From NCBI GenBank assembly GCA_902535055.1, contig CACASI010000002.1, forward strand, positions 82,330-146,329: DNA of 64,000 bases, in the 5' to 3' direction. The stretch is from an uncultured Candidatus Actinomarina sp. (lineage in GTDB: Bacteria; Actinomycetota; Acidimicrobiia; Actinomarinales; Actinomarinaceae). The translations under genes were made by a program, and so were the position numbers. The notes beneath the pieces are model-generated. The model searched no databases, was not told where the DNA came from, and worked only from the letters and a program-made list of their open reading frames with translations. Within the stretch, counting starts at the first letter, position 1. Every line of letters begins with the position of its first letter. Below are positions 25,762 through 36,084 of this stretch, one piece after another.

Positions 25762-26131
25762 TGAACTCTACAACAAACTCTAGGAGACCTTTACTTCTTT
25801 CACGTTGAAGAGTTTCTTCAAGAGGAGTAACAGGTTCTGGAACTTTAAAGCGATATATGTTTTCACCAGGTAATCCGTATCCATGTTGTCGTAGAATAAT
25901 ATCCAATTTTTCTGGATCCTCAAGATCGTCTATTTTTTCTTGAATAAAGTTGATTTCGCTTTTTAACTCATCAGCTTTTTCAATACGACTTTCGAGTTGT
26001 GATTCTAAAGATTGATAATCTTTGAAGCTCAATTCCCATGTGTCAAAAATAAAGAAAACAAAAATAAATGACGTTATTAAAAATATAACTTTCGAAAATA
26101 AATTTTGTCTTAACATATTTATTTTCCCCAA
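25739..26131 (-). CDS. septum formation initiator (FtsB/DivIC family)
   Basis: N-terminal TM segment followed by a coiled coil. It lies directly downstream of eno, as in Mtb Rv1024. Confidence 0.7.
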   Translation of the reverse strand: MGKINMLRQNLFSKVIFLITSFIFVFFIFDTWELSFKDYQSLESQLESRIEKADELKSEINFIQEKIDDLEDPEKLDIILRQHGYGLPGENIYRFKVPEPVTPLEETLQRERSKGLLEFVVEFIVGTNSD

Positions 26132-27387
26132 TTGCTTATATTGAACGAATCAAAACCAACTACCTCGCCGATACGAAGTAGCTCATTATACTTTGAAGTT
26201 CTTTCAGATCTTGCAGGAGCACCCGTCTTAATTTGACCACTAGATGTACCTACACATAGATGACTTATAAATGTATCTTCTGTTTCTCCTGATCGATGCG
26301 ATACTAAAGAGTTATAATTATTTTTTTCAGCAAGCTTCATGGTTTCTATAGTTTCAGTAACACTTCCTACTTGATTAACCTTTACAAGAATTGAATTTGC
26401 ACATCCATCATCAATTCCTCTTTGGAGAATTTTTTCCTGAGTCACAAATAAGTCATCTCCTACAAGTTGAATGTTTTGTCCAAGTTTGTCGGTAAGATAT
26501 TTCCACCCTTCCCAGTCATCTTCACCTAACCCATCTTCGATTGAGAAAATCGGATAATTTTTAGTTAGGTTAACCAAATAATCAGCCATCTCAATATTGG
26601 TAAGTTTTTCACCTTCAATGTTGTAATAATTATTTTCATAGAATTCTGAGGATGCAACATCTAGTGCAAGTGAAACATTTTTACCAGGTGCATAGCCTGC
26701 TTCTGAAATGGAAAGCATGATTTCATCTAAAATTTCTTTTGAAGATTTAAAATTAGGGGCAAAGCCTCCCTCATCACCAACATTTGTTGCTAATTTATTT
26801 TCTTTAAGCCTTTTTTTTAGAATATGATATATTTCAACCCCTGCCCTAAGTGACCTATCAAAAGTATCAAATCCAAACGGAACAATCATAAATTCTTGTA
26901 TGTCAACGGAATTGTCAGCATGGGCGCCACCATTAAGAATGTTCATAAACGGTACTGGTAAAGATGGCGAGTTGTAAATATTTGGAAAGAGTTCAAATGG
27001 TTGTTTTTTTTGTAGGTTTGCATTTGCTTTAAAAGCAGCCATTGACACTCCTAAGATTGCATTTGCACCTAAATTATTTTTATTTTCTGTTCCATCTAAT
27101 TGAATCAACTTCTTATCAATAGCTTCTTGGTCGGTAATATCAAACCCTATTAACTCTTTAGCAATTATTGTTTCAACATTTTTAATTGCATGATTTACGC
27201 CTTTTCCACTGTAAGCATCATCGTTATCTCTTAGTTCATGGGCTTCAAGCGCGCCTGTAGATGCACCTGATGGAACTGCTGCGCGTCCGAAAATTTCGTC
27301 ATTTAAGTATATTTCAACTTCAATTGTTGGATTTGCTCTGGAATCTAATATATGTCGAGCTTTTATAGCTTTTATTTTATTATTCAT
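26119..27387 (-). CDS. eno: enolase
   Basis: Full-length conserved enolase blocks (SRANPTIEVE, GDEGGFAPN, SHRSGETED, IKTGAPARSER). Confidence 0.97.
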   Translation of the reverse strand: MNNKIKAIKARHILDSRANPTIEVEIYLNDEIFGRAAVPSGASTGALEAHELRDNDDAYSGKGVNHAIKNVETIIAKELIGFDITDQEAIDKKLIQLDGTENKNNLGANAILGVSMAAFKANANLQKKQPFELFPNIYNSPSLPVPFMNILNGGAHADNSVDIQEFMIVPFGFDTFDRSLRAGVEIYHILKKRLKENKLATNVGDEGGFAPNFKSSKEILDEIMLSISEAGYAPGKNVSLALDVASSEFYENNYYNIEGEKLTNIEMADYLVNLTKNYPIFSIEDGLGEDDWEGWKYLTDKLGQNIQLVGDDLFVTQEKILQRGIDDGCANSILVKVNQVGSVTETIETMKLAEKNNYNSLVSHRSGETEDTFISHLCVGTSSGQIKTGAPARSERTSKYNELLRIGEVVGFDSFNISNWGK

Positions 27388-27424
27388 AACCCTGTTATTA
27401 AAAATCTAACAGAAAAAATAATCT

Positions 27425-28165
27425 TTACGAATCTATTTGATTTTTCTTTGCTAGAGACCAAAGCTCATTTATATCTGAATTTTCATCTAGATTGTCCTCA
27501 ACATATTTTGCACGACCAATGAAGGTTTGGATTGACTTTTTTAACTGAATTTCTGGATCAGCTTCTAAAAATCTTGATACGTTAATCAAGGAAAAATAAA
27601 CATCACCTAGTTCAGATTTTTTTTCTTCAAGAGTTTTGGCTTCTTTTAATTCATTAATTTCTGAAATTAAGTCATCTAAAGCTTCATCATAATTTTTATA
27701 ACTTAAATTAATTGTTTTTGCTTTTCGTTGAACCTTGAAAGCAGTATTCACTGGAGGTAAATTAGGATTAATATCATCAAAAATTGAATTGTTATTCTCT
27801 TTTTTTATTTCCTCCCATTGCTTCTCAACTTCGTCAGATGATTTCAAGTTTTTGTTTTCAAATACATGAGGGTGTCTTTTTATCAATTTTTTTTGTAATG
27901 AATTTATAACTTCAATAATGGAAAAATAATTTTTCTCTGATGCTATTTCGGCATGAAGTAATATCTGTAGAAGCAAATCTCCTAGTTCATCTTTAAATTC
28001 ATCAAAGGTTTTTTTTGAATCATCTAGTCTCGCTAAAACATCTAGTAGTTCATATGATTCCTCTATCAAATGCTTTGCAAGGCTTTCATGAGTTTGTTCT
28101 TTATCCCATGGACAATCTTTTCTTAGTTGAGAGACAATATCTAATAAATTATCAAATTCATTCAT
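27425..28165 (-). CDS. mazG: MazG nucleoside triphosphate pyrophosphohydrolase
   Basis: CPWDKEQTHESL..LIEESYEL motif and tandem MazG repeats. Synteny with Mtb Rv1021. Confidence 0.85.
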   Translation of the reverse strand: MNEFDNLLDIVSQLRKDCPWDKEQTHESLAKHLIEESYELLDVLARLDDSKKTFDEFKDELGDLLLQILLHAEIASEKNYFSIIEVINSLQKKLIKRHPHVFENKNLKSSDEVEKQWEEIKKENNNSIFDDINPNLPPVNTAFKVQRKAKTINLSYKNYDEALDDLISEINELKEAKTLEEKKSELGDVYFSLINVSRFLEADPEIQLKKSIQTFIGRAKYVEDNLDENSDINELWSLAKKNQIDS

Positions 28166-29162
28166 GCGAATTTACATTTACGTTTGCTAAGTTTTCTTTA
28201 TTTAGCCATGAAATAGTTTTTGATATGAATTCGTCAACTGTTGTATATTCAAGACCTAATTCTCTATTTGCTTTTGACCCATCATATAAATGTCCATGAG
28301 TCAAAACTTTAATTGTTTCACCACAAATAATTCCTCCTAGAGAAGAAAATTTACCAAAGATATCAAAAACAGGACCCAGGCCACTGAGAAAACTTTTTGG
28401 AATATATACTGGAGAGCCTTTCCAAGTTGTAAGATTTTTTAAATGTTCAATTAAAGTTTCAACATTTAATCGAAAACTATTTAAAACATACTTTTCATTA
28501 TTTTTACCCTTAATTAATCCTAGGTAATGACCTTCTGTACAGTCCTCAATATCAACTACGGAAACAGAGCTTTTTATAAGAGGAGGAAATTTTTTATTTA
28601 GGGTAGATATCAATAATTTTGCTGTTCCAGATATTCTTCCGGGTCCTTGAACTGATGAGGGATTAATAGACACAAATTCAAAGTTTTTATTGAATGCAAA
28701 AGCTAATTGCTCTGCAAGAAATTTTGATTCCTCATAATCACTTAAAAATGAGCCTCTATGTTCTGATTTCTCATTTCCAATTTTTCCTTTTTGCTCACCA
28801 AGTGTTACTGCCGAAGAAGTGTAAATAAATTTTTTTATTTGTAAATTATTTCCAAGTTCTAAGATTTTCTTTGTACCTTCAATATTTGTTTTATGCATTG
28901 AAGACGGATCTTTTTGACATTTTTGATTTGCTCCAGCTACATGAAATATTGCATCAATCGATTTATCCTTAAGTTGGGAATAAATATTTTCACTAAAGAG
29001 ATCTCCGTTTACAACTTCAGCTTTATTGGTTCTAATAAAATCCTCATTTTTAGTATTTCTTGACAAAGCAAAAACATTATGACCTTGATTTATTAATTTA
29101 AGGAAAATGGGCTTACCAACAACTCCGGTAGATCCCGTTATGAAAATATTTTTAAATTTCAT
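28158..29162 (-). CDS. NAD-dependent epimerase/dehydratase family protein (extended SDR)
   Basis: ITGSTGVVG Rossmann motif and YEESK catalytic YxxxK. Confidence 0.75.
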   Translation of the reverse strand: MKFKNIFITGSTGVVGKPIFLKLINQGHNVFALSRNTKNEDFIRTNKAEVVNGDLFSENIYSQLKDKSIDAIFHVAGANQKCQKDPSSMHKTNIEGTKKILELGNNLQIKKFIYTSSAVTLGEQKGKIGNEKSEHRGSFLSDYEESKFLAEQLAFAFNKNFEFVSINPSSVQGPGRISGTAKLLISTLNKKFPPLIKSSVSVVDIEDCTEGHYLGLIKGKNNEKYVLNSFRLNVETLIEHLKNLTTWKGSPVYIPKSFLSGLGPVFDIFGKFSSLGGIICGETIKVLTHGHLYDGSKANRELGLEYTTVDEFISKTISWLNKENLANVNVNSHE

Positions 29163-29700
29163 TCTTTGATTGAAAATAAGATATTACATATTGGTATGCA
29201 GAGATGTATGAAAATATGAGTGCATGCATAACAAATAATTCTGCAATAGTCAGGCTAAATATCGTAAATGATAAATCTATCATTACAAAACCTATAGCCC
29301 AAAATTGAAGACTAGCTTTTGCTTTTCCAAATCTACTTGGAGGAATCATTATTCCGTCATTTCCTGCCAAACCACGAAGGCCCATAATCATGAATTCTCT
29401 AGCAATTAGTAATACAGTTATCCAAATACTTACTCTGCCAATAATTGAGAATCCGGCAAATACGAAGGTTACAAAAATTTTATCAGCAATAGTATCTAAA
29501 AATGCGCCTAACTTACTACTTACATCCCACTTTCTTGCAAGATAACCATCAAAATAATCTGACCATGCTGCAATAAAAGCAAGTATTGCAGGATATAACA
29601 TTAATCCTGTATCAGATCCATCATCTAATATTAGAAATAATAAAACTGGAGAAGATAAAAGCCTAAACCATGCGAGTAAATCAGGTAATTTATTTTTCAT
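29152..29700 (-). CDS. pgsA: CDP-alcohol phosphatidyltransferase (PgsA-like)
   Basis: DYFDGYLARKWDVSSKLGAFLDTIADK matches D-G-x2-A-R-x8-G-x3-D-x3-D. Confidence 0.85.
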   Translation of the reverse strand: MKNKLPDLLAWFRLLSSPVLLFLILDDGSDTGLMLYPAILAFIAAWSDYFDGYLARKWDVSSKLGAFLDTIADKIFVTFVFAGFSIIGRVSIWITVLLIAREFMIMGLRGLAGNDGIMIPPSRFGKAKASLQFWAIGFVMIDLSFTIFSLTIAELFVMHALIFSYISAYQYVISYFQSKNEI

Positions 29701-30296
29701 TAGACCACATCAATAATTCTTCTTTCAGATGCTTTCTTTATTGCAAATTCAATGTCCTTAAAAAATAAGTCAATTATCTCCATGCTGTCCTCAATTATAA
29801 ACTCAACTTCCTCGGTCTGATCATTATTAAATTTCGACAATACATAATCTGCTGGATCTTGACTTGTAGGTGGTCTTCCCAAACCAATTTTTAATCTCCA
29901 ATAATCATTAGTTCCAAGAGCACTGTCTAGAGACTTAATGCCATTATGTCCTCCATCTGAAATACCTTTTTTTAAACGAAATCTACCAAATGCTAAGTCA
30001 ATATCATCGTGTATTACCAAAAGATTAAAGTCTTTAATGTTTTCGTCTATTAAAAAGGATTTGAGGCCTTGTCCTGAATTGTTCATAGACGTCATTGGAA
30101 TAACTAATAATATTTCCTGATTCATGATTTCAAACTTTCCAAATTGGAACTGGCCTGAATTATCTAAATCTATTTTTAAGTTATTTTTTTGACTGTACGA
30201 AAAAAGAATGTCTGCACCAATATTGTGACGAGTATTGATATATTTTGGTTGAGGATTCCAAAGACCAACTAAAATAGTTTTTGGTTTATTCTCCAC
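29700..30296 (-). CDS. pth: peptidyl-tRNA hydrolase
   Basis: ILVGLWNPQPKYINTRHNIG is the typical Pth N-terminus. I place the start at the GTG (30296-30294) overlapping the rplY stop, not at the ATG at 30419. Confidence 0.85.
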   Translation of the reverse strand: MENKPKTILVGLWNPQPKYINTRHNIGADILFSYSQKNNLKIDLDNSGQFQFGKFEIMNQEILLVIPMTSMNNSGQGLKSFLIDENIKDFNLLVIHDDIDLAFGRFRLKKGISDGGHNGIKSLDSALGTNDYWRLKIGLGRPPTSQDPADYVLSKFNNDQTEEVEFIIEDSMEIIDLFFKDIEFAIKKASERRIIDVV

Positions 30297-30978
30297 TTTC
30301 CTCTGCTGATTCAGTATCTTCTGAAGCATCTTCACCAGATTCCTCATCTCCTTCACCAGCCTCTTCATCGCCTTCTTCTCCTTCAAGGCCTTCATCCAAG
30401 ACCTCTTCCTCTTCAACAACAGCTCTTGGAATAGTTATTGTCACAAGAATAGATTCATCATCTTCAGAAGTAAGTTCTACACCGTCAGGCAAGTCTATAT
30501 CTGTTGCAGTAACATTATCACCAACATTTAATTCTGATATGTCAATGTCTATAGATGAGGGAATACTTGTAGGAAGTGCAGTAATTGATATTGTGTTGTT
30601 AACAGTTTGCACAACCCCACCCTCTTCTTTTACACCTAGAGGCGTGCCAAGAAAGTTAACTTGAACATCAGCTTCAACAGTTTGTGACAGATCAATTCTT
30701 ATTAAATCAACATGTACGATTTCATCTTTGAATGCGTGACGTTGAATTTCTCTTGCTAAAGCTGGGATGCTGTCTTTACCAACATTTACATTTAATATTA
30801 CGTTAGAGCCAGCTTCTGTCTTTAATGCATTATTAAATTCTCTTGCATTTATCAGTAATGACTCTGGTTCTGAACCTAAGCCATACATAACAGCAGGTAT
30901 GAAGCCTGTTGATCGTAATCTTCTCGATTCAGCTGATCCTGTTTTGTCTCTATTTGTAGCTTCTAATGTAATTTCCAT
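30286..30978 (-). CDS. rplY: 50S ribosomal protein L25/Ctc with acidic C-terminal tail
   Basis: The N-terminus (AESRRLRSTGFIPAVMYG) is typical of L25/Ctc. It lies upstream of pth, as in Mtb Rv1015c. Confidence 0.9.
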   Translation of the reverse strand: MEITLEATNRDKTGSAESRRLRSTGFIPAVMYGLGSEPESLLINAREFNNALKTEAGSNVILNVNVGKDSIPALAREIQRHAFKDEIVHVDLIRIDLSQTVEADVQVNFLGTPLGVKEEGGVVQTVNNTISITALPTSIPSSIDIDISELNVGDNVTATDIDLPDGVELTSEDDESILVTITIPRAVVEEEEVLDEGLEGEEGDEEAGEGDEESGEDASEDTESAEESGE

Positions 30979-31035
30979 ATTTTCCTTACGAAGTATATAG
31001 ATTATTAGGTTTTAATAATTAATTAAAGTCTTTAT

Positions 31036-31836
31036 TTATCCTTTTTCATTTACTTTCTTTGCTGATGAAACAGCGTAAGCAAGTGTAATAAGAGCAAATA
31101 TTCCACCGACTATTAATCCAGGTAAAATCACATTAAAAACCCATCCTTCAATTAAAATTCCTCTGATAGCCTCTATAACGTAAGTAGTCGGGTTAAATGC
31201 TGCTGCAGTAGACAACCATCCTTTTAACGCTTCTCTTGGAACAAAAGTTGGAGCTATAAACAAAGCTGGAAAAAAGAAAAAAGAAGCAGCCTGAGCCCCT
31301 TGAGATGATCCTGATTTTACACTCGCAGCAACAGAGTAACCTGCGAATCCAAGTCCCCATAAAAAACCAAAACCAAGCACAGCTAAGTAGCCACTAAAGC
31401 CTGTTGCAGGATCTGCCCCAATGAAACTTCCTATAAGAAGAATTAAACTTGCTTGAATTAATACTCTGATTGCACCTATGACCATGGGAGCAAGTATTAT
31501 TGACCATTTTGATATTGGCATTCCCTGATATCTCTTAAAAACTCCCGATTCAATATCTTCAATAATATAAAAACCCGATGCAGAGCCACTTAAAGATGCA
31601 GAAACAATTGATACGGGAAGGATGAAGTTTACAAAATTTCCTTGAGCAAAATCCAAAGAAGTTCCTACAGCGCTTGCTCCAAATACTCTTCCTAAAGCCC
31701 CGTCATATATAAAAAGAAAGAATGCAGAAATAATTAAATTTGGAAGCTCACTTAGGGGACGCCTAAGGACTCTCAGAAGTAATCTTTTTGTTAATATTCC
31801 CAATTGGGTAAAAAATGGAGCTTGGTGATCAGACAT
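31036..31836 (-). CDS. ABC-2 type transporter permease
   Basis: 266 aa, 6 TM, directly downstream of a DrrA-like ATPase (gap 0 nt). Confidence 0.8.
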   Translation of the reverse strand: MSDHQAPFFTQLGILTKRLLLRVLRRPLSELPNLIISAFFLFIYDGALGRVFGASAVGTSLDFAQGNFVNFILPVSIVSASLSGSASGFYIIEDIESGVFKRYQGMPISKWSIILAPMVIGAIRVLIQASLILLIGSFIGADPATGFSGYLAVLGFGFLWGLGFAGYSVAASVKSGSSQGAQAASFFFFPALFIAPTFVPREALKGWLSTAAAFNPTTYVIEAIRGILIEGWVFNVILPGLIVGGIFALITLAYAVSSAKKVNEKG

Positions 31837-32838
31837 TTATTTTCTAATTCTCCTTCCTCTTTTTTCATAGTTAGATTTTTTACTTTGTTTTTTTTCTGAT
31901 TGATTATCATTTTCCATGCTGAATCCTGTGACTTTTAGAAATACATCATCCAAAGTAGGCTTATTAGCCGAAACAGATTTAACATTTAACTTATTTTCTG
32001 TAAATGTTTTCATAAATATTGGGATATGCTCTGCCCCATTCTCAACAGTTATACGAAGCTGCTTCTGATTAACTTTTGCATTATCAATTAATCGTTTTGC
32101 CACTTCCACATTTTCTTCTTTTTCGAAATCAAAAGTTACAACGTCGCCACCTACACTTGCTTTGAGCTCATCAGATGTTCCCTCTGTGGCCACTACACCT
32201 TTGTCTATTATCAATAACCTATCGGAAAGTTCATCTGCCTCTTCAAGATATTGTGTTGTTAGGATGACAGTGACTCCATTATTGTTTAGTCTTTTAATTT
32301 CATCCCAAATTACTCTTCTTGATGCTGGATCAAGACCCGTTGTAGGTTCGTCTAAAAATAATACTTCAGGTTCATTTACAAGACTAAGACCTAAATCGAG
32401 TCTTCTTTTCATTCCCCCAGAATATGTTTTGACTCTTCTATCTGCTGATTCCGTTAACCCTACTAATTGAAGAAGCTCTTCAGTTCTTGTATTTGATTCT
32501 TGTTTGTTCAGACCCCAAAGCCTTCCAGTAGTATAAAGCAATTCTCTTGCTGTTAGTAATAAATCAATCCCAGTATCTTGTAAAGCTACACCTATCTTTG
32601 TTCTTACTTCTTTATCTTGTTTCTCAACATCTAAACCCATAATTGAAGCAGTCCCTTTACTGATACCCAATAAAGTTGTAAGCATCAAAATTGTTGTACT
32701 TTTTCCAGCTCCATTTGGACCTAGAATGCTAAATACCTCACCCTGTTCGACTGAAAACGAGACGCCTTTGACAGCTTCTACTGATTCTTTTTTTGAAGTA
32801 AAAGTTTTATGAAGATTATTCGCTTCGACAGCTTTCAA
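31837..32838 (-). CDS. ABC transporter ATP-binding protein (DrrA-like) with Lys/Arg-rich tail
   Basis: GPNGAGKST, YSGGMKRRL, LFLDEPTTGLD. Confidence 0.88.
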   Translation of the reverse strand: MKAVEANNLHKTFTSKKESVEAVKGVSFSVEQGEVFSILGPNGAGKSTTILMLTTLLGISKGTASIMGLDVEKQDKEVRTKIGVALQDTGIDLLLTARELLYTTGRLWGLNKQESNTRTEELLQLVGLTESADRRVKTYSGGMKRRLDLGLSLVNEPEVLFLDEPTTGLDPASRRVIWDEIKRLNNNGVTVILTTQYLEEADELSDRLLIIDKGVVATEGTSDELKASVGGDVVTFDFEKEENVEVAKRLIDNAKVNQKQLRITVENGAEHIPIFMKTFTENKLNVKSVSANKPTLDDVFLKVTGFSMENDNQSEKKQSKKSNYEKRGRRIRK

Positions 32839-32893
32839 CTTTTAACTTTCATAGAATTCATTATATGAAATAATACTTAAGTCTGCTATTAAT

Positions 32894-32966
32894 GGCCGCG
32901 TAGCTCAGGGGATAGAGCACAGGTTTCCTAAACCTGGTGTCGCAGGTTCGAATCCTGCCGTGGCCG
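32894..32966 (+). tRNA. tRNA-Arg (anticodon CCU)
   Basis: Cloverleaf folded by hand: acceptor GGCCGCG/CGTGGCC, anticodon stem CAGGT/ACCTG with loop TT-CCT-AA, T-arm GCAGG-TTCGAAT-CCTGC. 73 nt. Confidence 0.9.
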
Positions 32967-32974
32967 CAAGAAAG

Positions 32975-33172
32975 CTACTTTAGATTTTCTGCTGAACTTT
33001 TACCGTTATTTTCAACAATTTCAAATTCAAGTTCTTGACCTTCATCAAGGTCTTCCATTCCTGAATCTTTTACTGCTGAAATGTGTACGAAGACATCTTT
33101 ATCGCCTTCTTCAGGTTCAATAAAACCATAACCTTTAGTTTTGTTAAACCATTTAACTTTACCTTTTGGCAT
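32975..33172 (-). CDS. cspA: cold-shock protein (CspA family)
   Basis: [15 protein letters not shown] and [11 protein letters not shown] motifs, 65 aa. Confidence 0.95.
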   Translation of the reverse strand: MPKGKVKWFNKTKGYGFIEPEEGDKDVFVHISAVKDSGMEDLDEGQELEFEIVENNGKSSAENLK

Positions 33173-33243
33173 TTGCTTCCTTTTCTTAAATATCTTTACG
33201 ACACAGTAACAGTAATGTTGTTATTTTTTTAGTGTGATTATTT

Positions 33244-35337
33244 TTAAAAAATACTTTTTTGAGAACCTGAATTCAAATAATTTTGTGCATATATGCCTGC
33301 TAAAGACACTGACTTTATTTCAAGCCAAGTAAATGGGTTAGGGACTTCATTTCTAACATAACGTAAAAAAGTTTCAATGGCCTGTTTATGGCCTTTACCA
33401 TCAGAAAATACTTTACTTTTATCGTTTGAACCAATTAAATATCTCATTAGTTGAAAATCTTCAACAATAAAGGAATTATCACTTCCATGAATCTCCAATC
33501 GTTCTTTAGATAAATTGTTATTGGTATCTGAAAAGTATTGAACAGCAGCATGTGCACCATTTGCATAATTTATATTTATAAAAACTTGGTTATCTTGAGC
33601 CTCATCTAATTTTTTATCAATTGGAGAATGAGAAGATATGTTCTGTGGTAATGAATCAAAAAAATAAGTCCCGAGATCAATAGCATGGATAGCTTCACCT
33701 ACAATTCTTCCTCCTCCAATTTCTTTAATGTTTGTCCAATGGTCTCTTTCAAGTTTTGGGACACTAAATCTAAAATTTAATGCATTGGCTGGTGAACCAT
33801 TTAATTTTTCTTTTATAAACTGAGATGCATTGCTGAATCTTCTGTTAAATCCAAGAAAAATTTTGGGATCTTCTGCGTTGTACATTGCTTCTTCAATTCT
33901 GGTTATATCGTCAACTTTTAAGGCAAGTGGTTTCTCTACATAAACTGCTTTGCCAGAGTTTATTGATTTGATCACTAAATCGGCATGATTGAAATGTTGA
34001 GTCAAAACAAATATTGCGTCTATTTCATCAGATTCAAATATCTCATCTTCAGTTTGGTATTTGTTTTTAATTTTAAAGTTTTTTGCTAATACTTCAGAAC
34101 TTAATCCACCTGATGAGGCAACCCCTAAGATCTGACAAGATTTTTTTAAATCTTTCAAAATAGGAATTATTGTTGTAGATGCAAAATTTCCTGCACCAAT
34201 CAGGCCAATTTTAATTTTTTTATTTTTTTCAGGGATGAGTTCATTATTCTCAAATTGAATTTTCGGTTGAGTTTTAATATCATATCTGAGCAAAACTGAC
34301 AGGGGTTTTTCTTCAGAATTAAATGAAGTGTAAATATCTGGAGATTCTGTAAATTCAACTTCCTTCGTAATTAAATCTTGAATACTGATTTGATCCTGTG
34401 ACAAGAGTTTTAAAAATGCTTCGAAATTTCTATTTTCTGTCCACCTAACATACTCTATAGGGTAATCATTGCCAAGAACCTCATACTGCTTATCATATCT
34501 TCCAGGCCCATAGGACTTTGATACAACAAGCTCAAGTTCTTTGTAATAAAACTCGTTTCTAGAAATATTTAATGGAATATCGCCCACAACTACAATTTTT
34601 GCCTTATTCCTCGCAATTTTTGTTGCGGCCTCGATTGGTTCGTTACTGTCTGAAGCAGCAGTAATAATTACCGAATCTACTTCATCAATTGGTAAATCAT
34701 TAATTGAGGCAAAATAGTTTTTATTATCTCCTCTCCTCAGTTCATCAGGATCTATGCCAAAAACTTCTGACCCTTGTGCTTCACCTAGCCTGCAAACTAA
34801 TTGACCAACAATACCCAAGCCTACAACTACAATTCTTGAACCTAACGATGTTTCTGACAAGCGCAAACCATGTAAAGCGATACTTCCTAAAACTGTATAA
34901 GCTGCTTCTTTATCGCTCGTTGCAGAAGGTATTCTTGAACATAAGTTTTGATTTACAACAACATATTCTGCATGATTACCATTCGATACAACCATGTCGC
35001 CTACATGGAAATTTTTTACACCTTCGCCAATTTCAACAACTTTTCCACATGAACTATAGCCAAGCTGAATTGGAAGAATATTTTTGGGAAATACAGCATT
35101 CCATACAGCCCTAACACCCTCTTTTTCAAGAAGCTCAAGTCCTTTTTCAATATTTGATGAATTTTGTATTTTTTTTGCTACAGACTTATTTGCAGACTCA
35201 ATTGTTGCAGTCTCAGTTCCTGTTGAAACAACTGAATAATGATTTTGAATTAATACCTCACCAGGTCCCGGCTTTGGTACAGGAGTTTCCCATAAGATTG
35301 GTTCAGGATTATTTTTTTCAACAACTAACTGTTTCAT
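33244..35337 (-). CDS. bi-domain oxidoreductase: MDR alcohol dehydrogenase-like N-half + Gfo/Idh/MocA C-half
   Basis: N-terminal GYSSCGKVVEIGEGVKNFHVGDMVV and VVGLGIVGQ. C-terminal KIGLIGAGNFA Rossmann motif and EKPLA motif. Confidence 0.75.
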   Translation of the reverse strand: MKQLVVEKNNPEPILWETPVPKPGPGEVLIQNHYSVVSTGTETATIESANKSVAKKIQNSSNIEKGLELLEKEGVRAVWNAVFPKNILPIQLGYSSCGKVVEIGEGVKNFHVGDMVVSNGNHAEYVVVNQNLCSRIPSATSDKEAAYTVLGSIALHGLRLSETSLGSRIVVVGLGIVGQLVCRLGEAQGSEVFGIDPDELRRGDNKNYFASINDLPIDEVDSVIITAASDSNEPIEAATKIARNKAKIVVVGDIPLNISRNEFYYKELELVVSKSYGPGRYDKQYEVLGNDYPIEYVRWTENRNFEAFLKLLSQDQISIQDLITKEVEFTESPDIYTSFNSEEKPLSVLLRYDIKTQPKIQFENNELIPEKNKKIKIGLIGAGNFASTTIIPILKDLKKSCQILGVASSGGLSSEVLAKNFKIKNKYQTEDEIFESDEIDAIFVLTQHFNHADLVIKSINSGKAVYVEKPLALKVDDITRIEEAMYNAEDPKIFLGFNRRFSNASQFIKEKLNGSPANALNFRFSVPKLERDHWTNIKEIGGGRIVGEAIHAIDLGTYFFDSLPQNISSHSPIDKKLDEAQDNQVFININYANGAHAAVQYFSDTNNNLSKERLEIHGSDNSFIVEDFQLMRYLIGSNDKSKVFSDGKGHKQAIETFLRYVRNEVPNPFTWLEIKSVSLAGIYAQNYLNSGSQKSIF

Positions 35338-35362
35338 TTAACCTCTCAAGAATTAATGATAA

Positions 35363-36019
35363 CTATATTATCTCGCTTATTAGGGGTGAGGTTAAATTTA
35401 ATAATTCACCTGAAGGTGTTTCTATTTTCAATGATCCATCATCATTTATATCTTTAGCCCAACCCCTTCCATCTGGGTATTCAACAAGCTTTCCTAAAGT
35501 AGTAAGTTTTAATTTATAATTTTCAAGACTGAAGTCTTCTTTTGTTATATAGTCCATTACTTTTTTTGCCCATTCTTCAGCATCAAGAAAAATTTTCTGT
35601 TCATCTTGTTTTTCTTCATACAAGCTTCCTGCGCCTGGGATTAGAGGATTGTTCCAAAAATAATTAATTCCTAAACCTATACAAATCAAATCATTGTTTT
35701 CTTCTACAAGCACTCCTCCAACCTTATCTTCATTTAAAGTTATATCGTTTGGCCACTTTAATTTAAGGTCTTCAATTTGATGTAGGGAAACAAATGAATA
35801 ACCTGCTATTAAAGGGACCAAAGTCTTTTTAAAATTAACAATATCTTTGTTAAAAGCTAATGAAGTAGCCAAACTTTGATCTGCATTTTCCCATTTATTT
35901 TTATTTGTACCCCGACCTGCGGTTTGAGCTTTACTAACAATAAGCAAAGGTTCATCTTTAAACTCATTTATTGCATAATCTTGAGTATTTTCAATTTCAT
36001 CAAAAAAAATAGATTTCAT
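35363..36019 (-). CDS. birA: biotin--[acetyl-CoA-carboxylase] ligase, group I (no HTH domain)
   Basis: QTAGRGTNKNKWEN corresponds to the GRGRxGRxW motif. 218 aa. Divergent from the carboxylase genes. Confidence 0.8.
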   Translation of the reverse strand: MKSIFFDEIENTQDYAINEFKDEPLLIVSKAQTAGRGTNKNKWENADQSLATSLAFNKDIVNFKKTLVPLIAGYSFVSLHQIEDLKLKWPNDITLNEDKVGGVLVEENNDLICIGLGINYFWNNPLIPGAGSLYEEKQDEQKIFLDAEEWAKKVMDYITKEDFSLENYKLKLTTLGKLVEYPDGRGWAKDINDDGSLKIETPSGELLNLTSPLISEII

Positions 36020-36084
36020 AGTGTTACTTCTTTACATATACATAGGTCAAATATATAGGTTTAATAATAATAAGAAAGTTAGGC

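Noticed and set aside
29700-30419. The 239-aa version of the pth ORF has a Lys/Arg-rich N-terminal extension of about 41 aa. That extension overlaps the acidic tail of rplY in another frame, which could suggest an overlapping gene.
   Set aside because: The conserved Pth N-terminus (ILVGLWNP..KY) begins right after a GTG at 30296 that overlaps the rplY stop. The K/R-rich stretch is the expected out-of-frame reading of GAA/GAG-rich sequence, so the extension is most likely an ORF-finder artefact.
30281-30664. A 127-aa Ser/Pro-rich ORF on the plus strand.
   Set aside because: It is antisense to the acidic GAA/GAG-rich tail and body of rplY. Its composition is the mirror image of that tail, and there is no independent signal.
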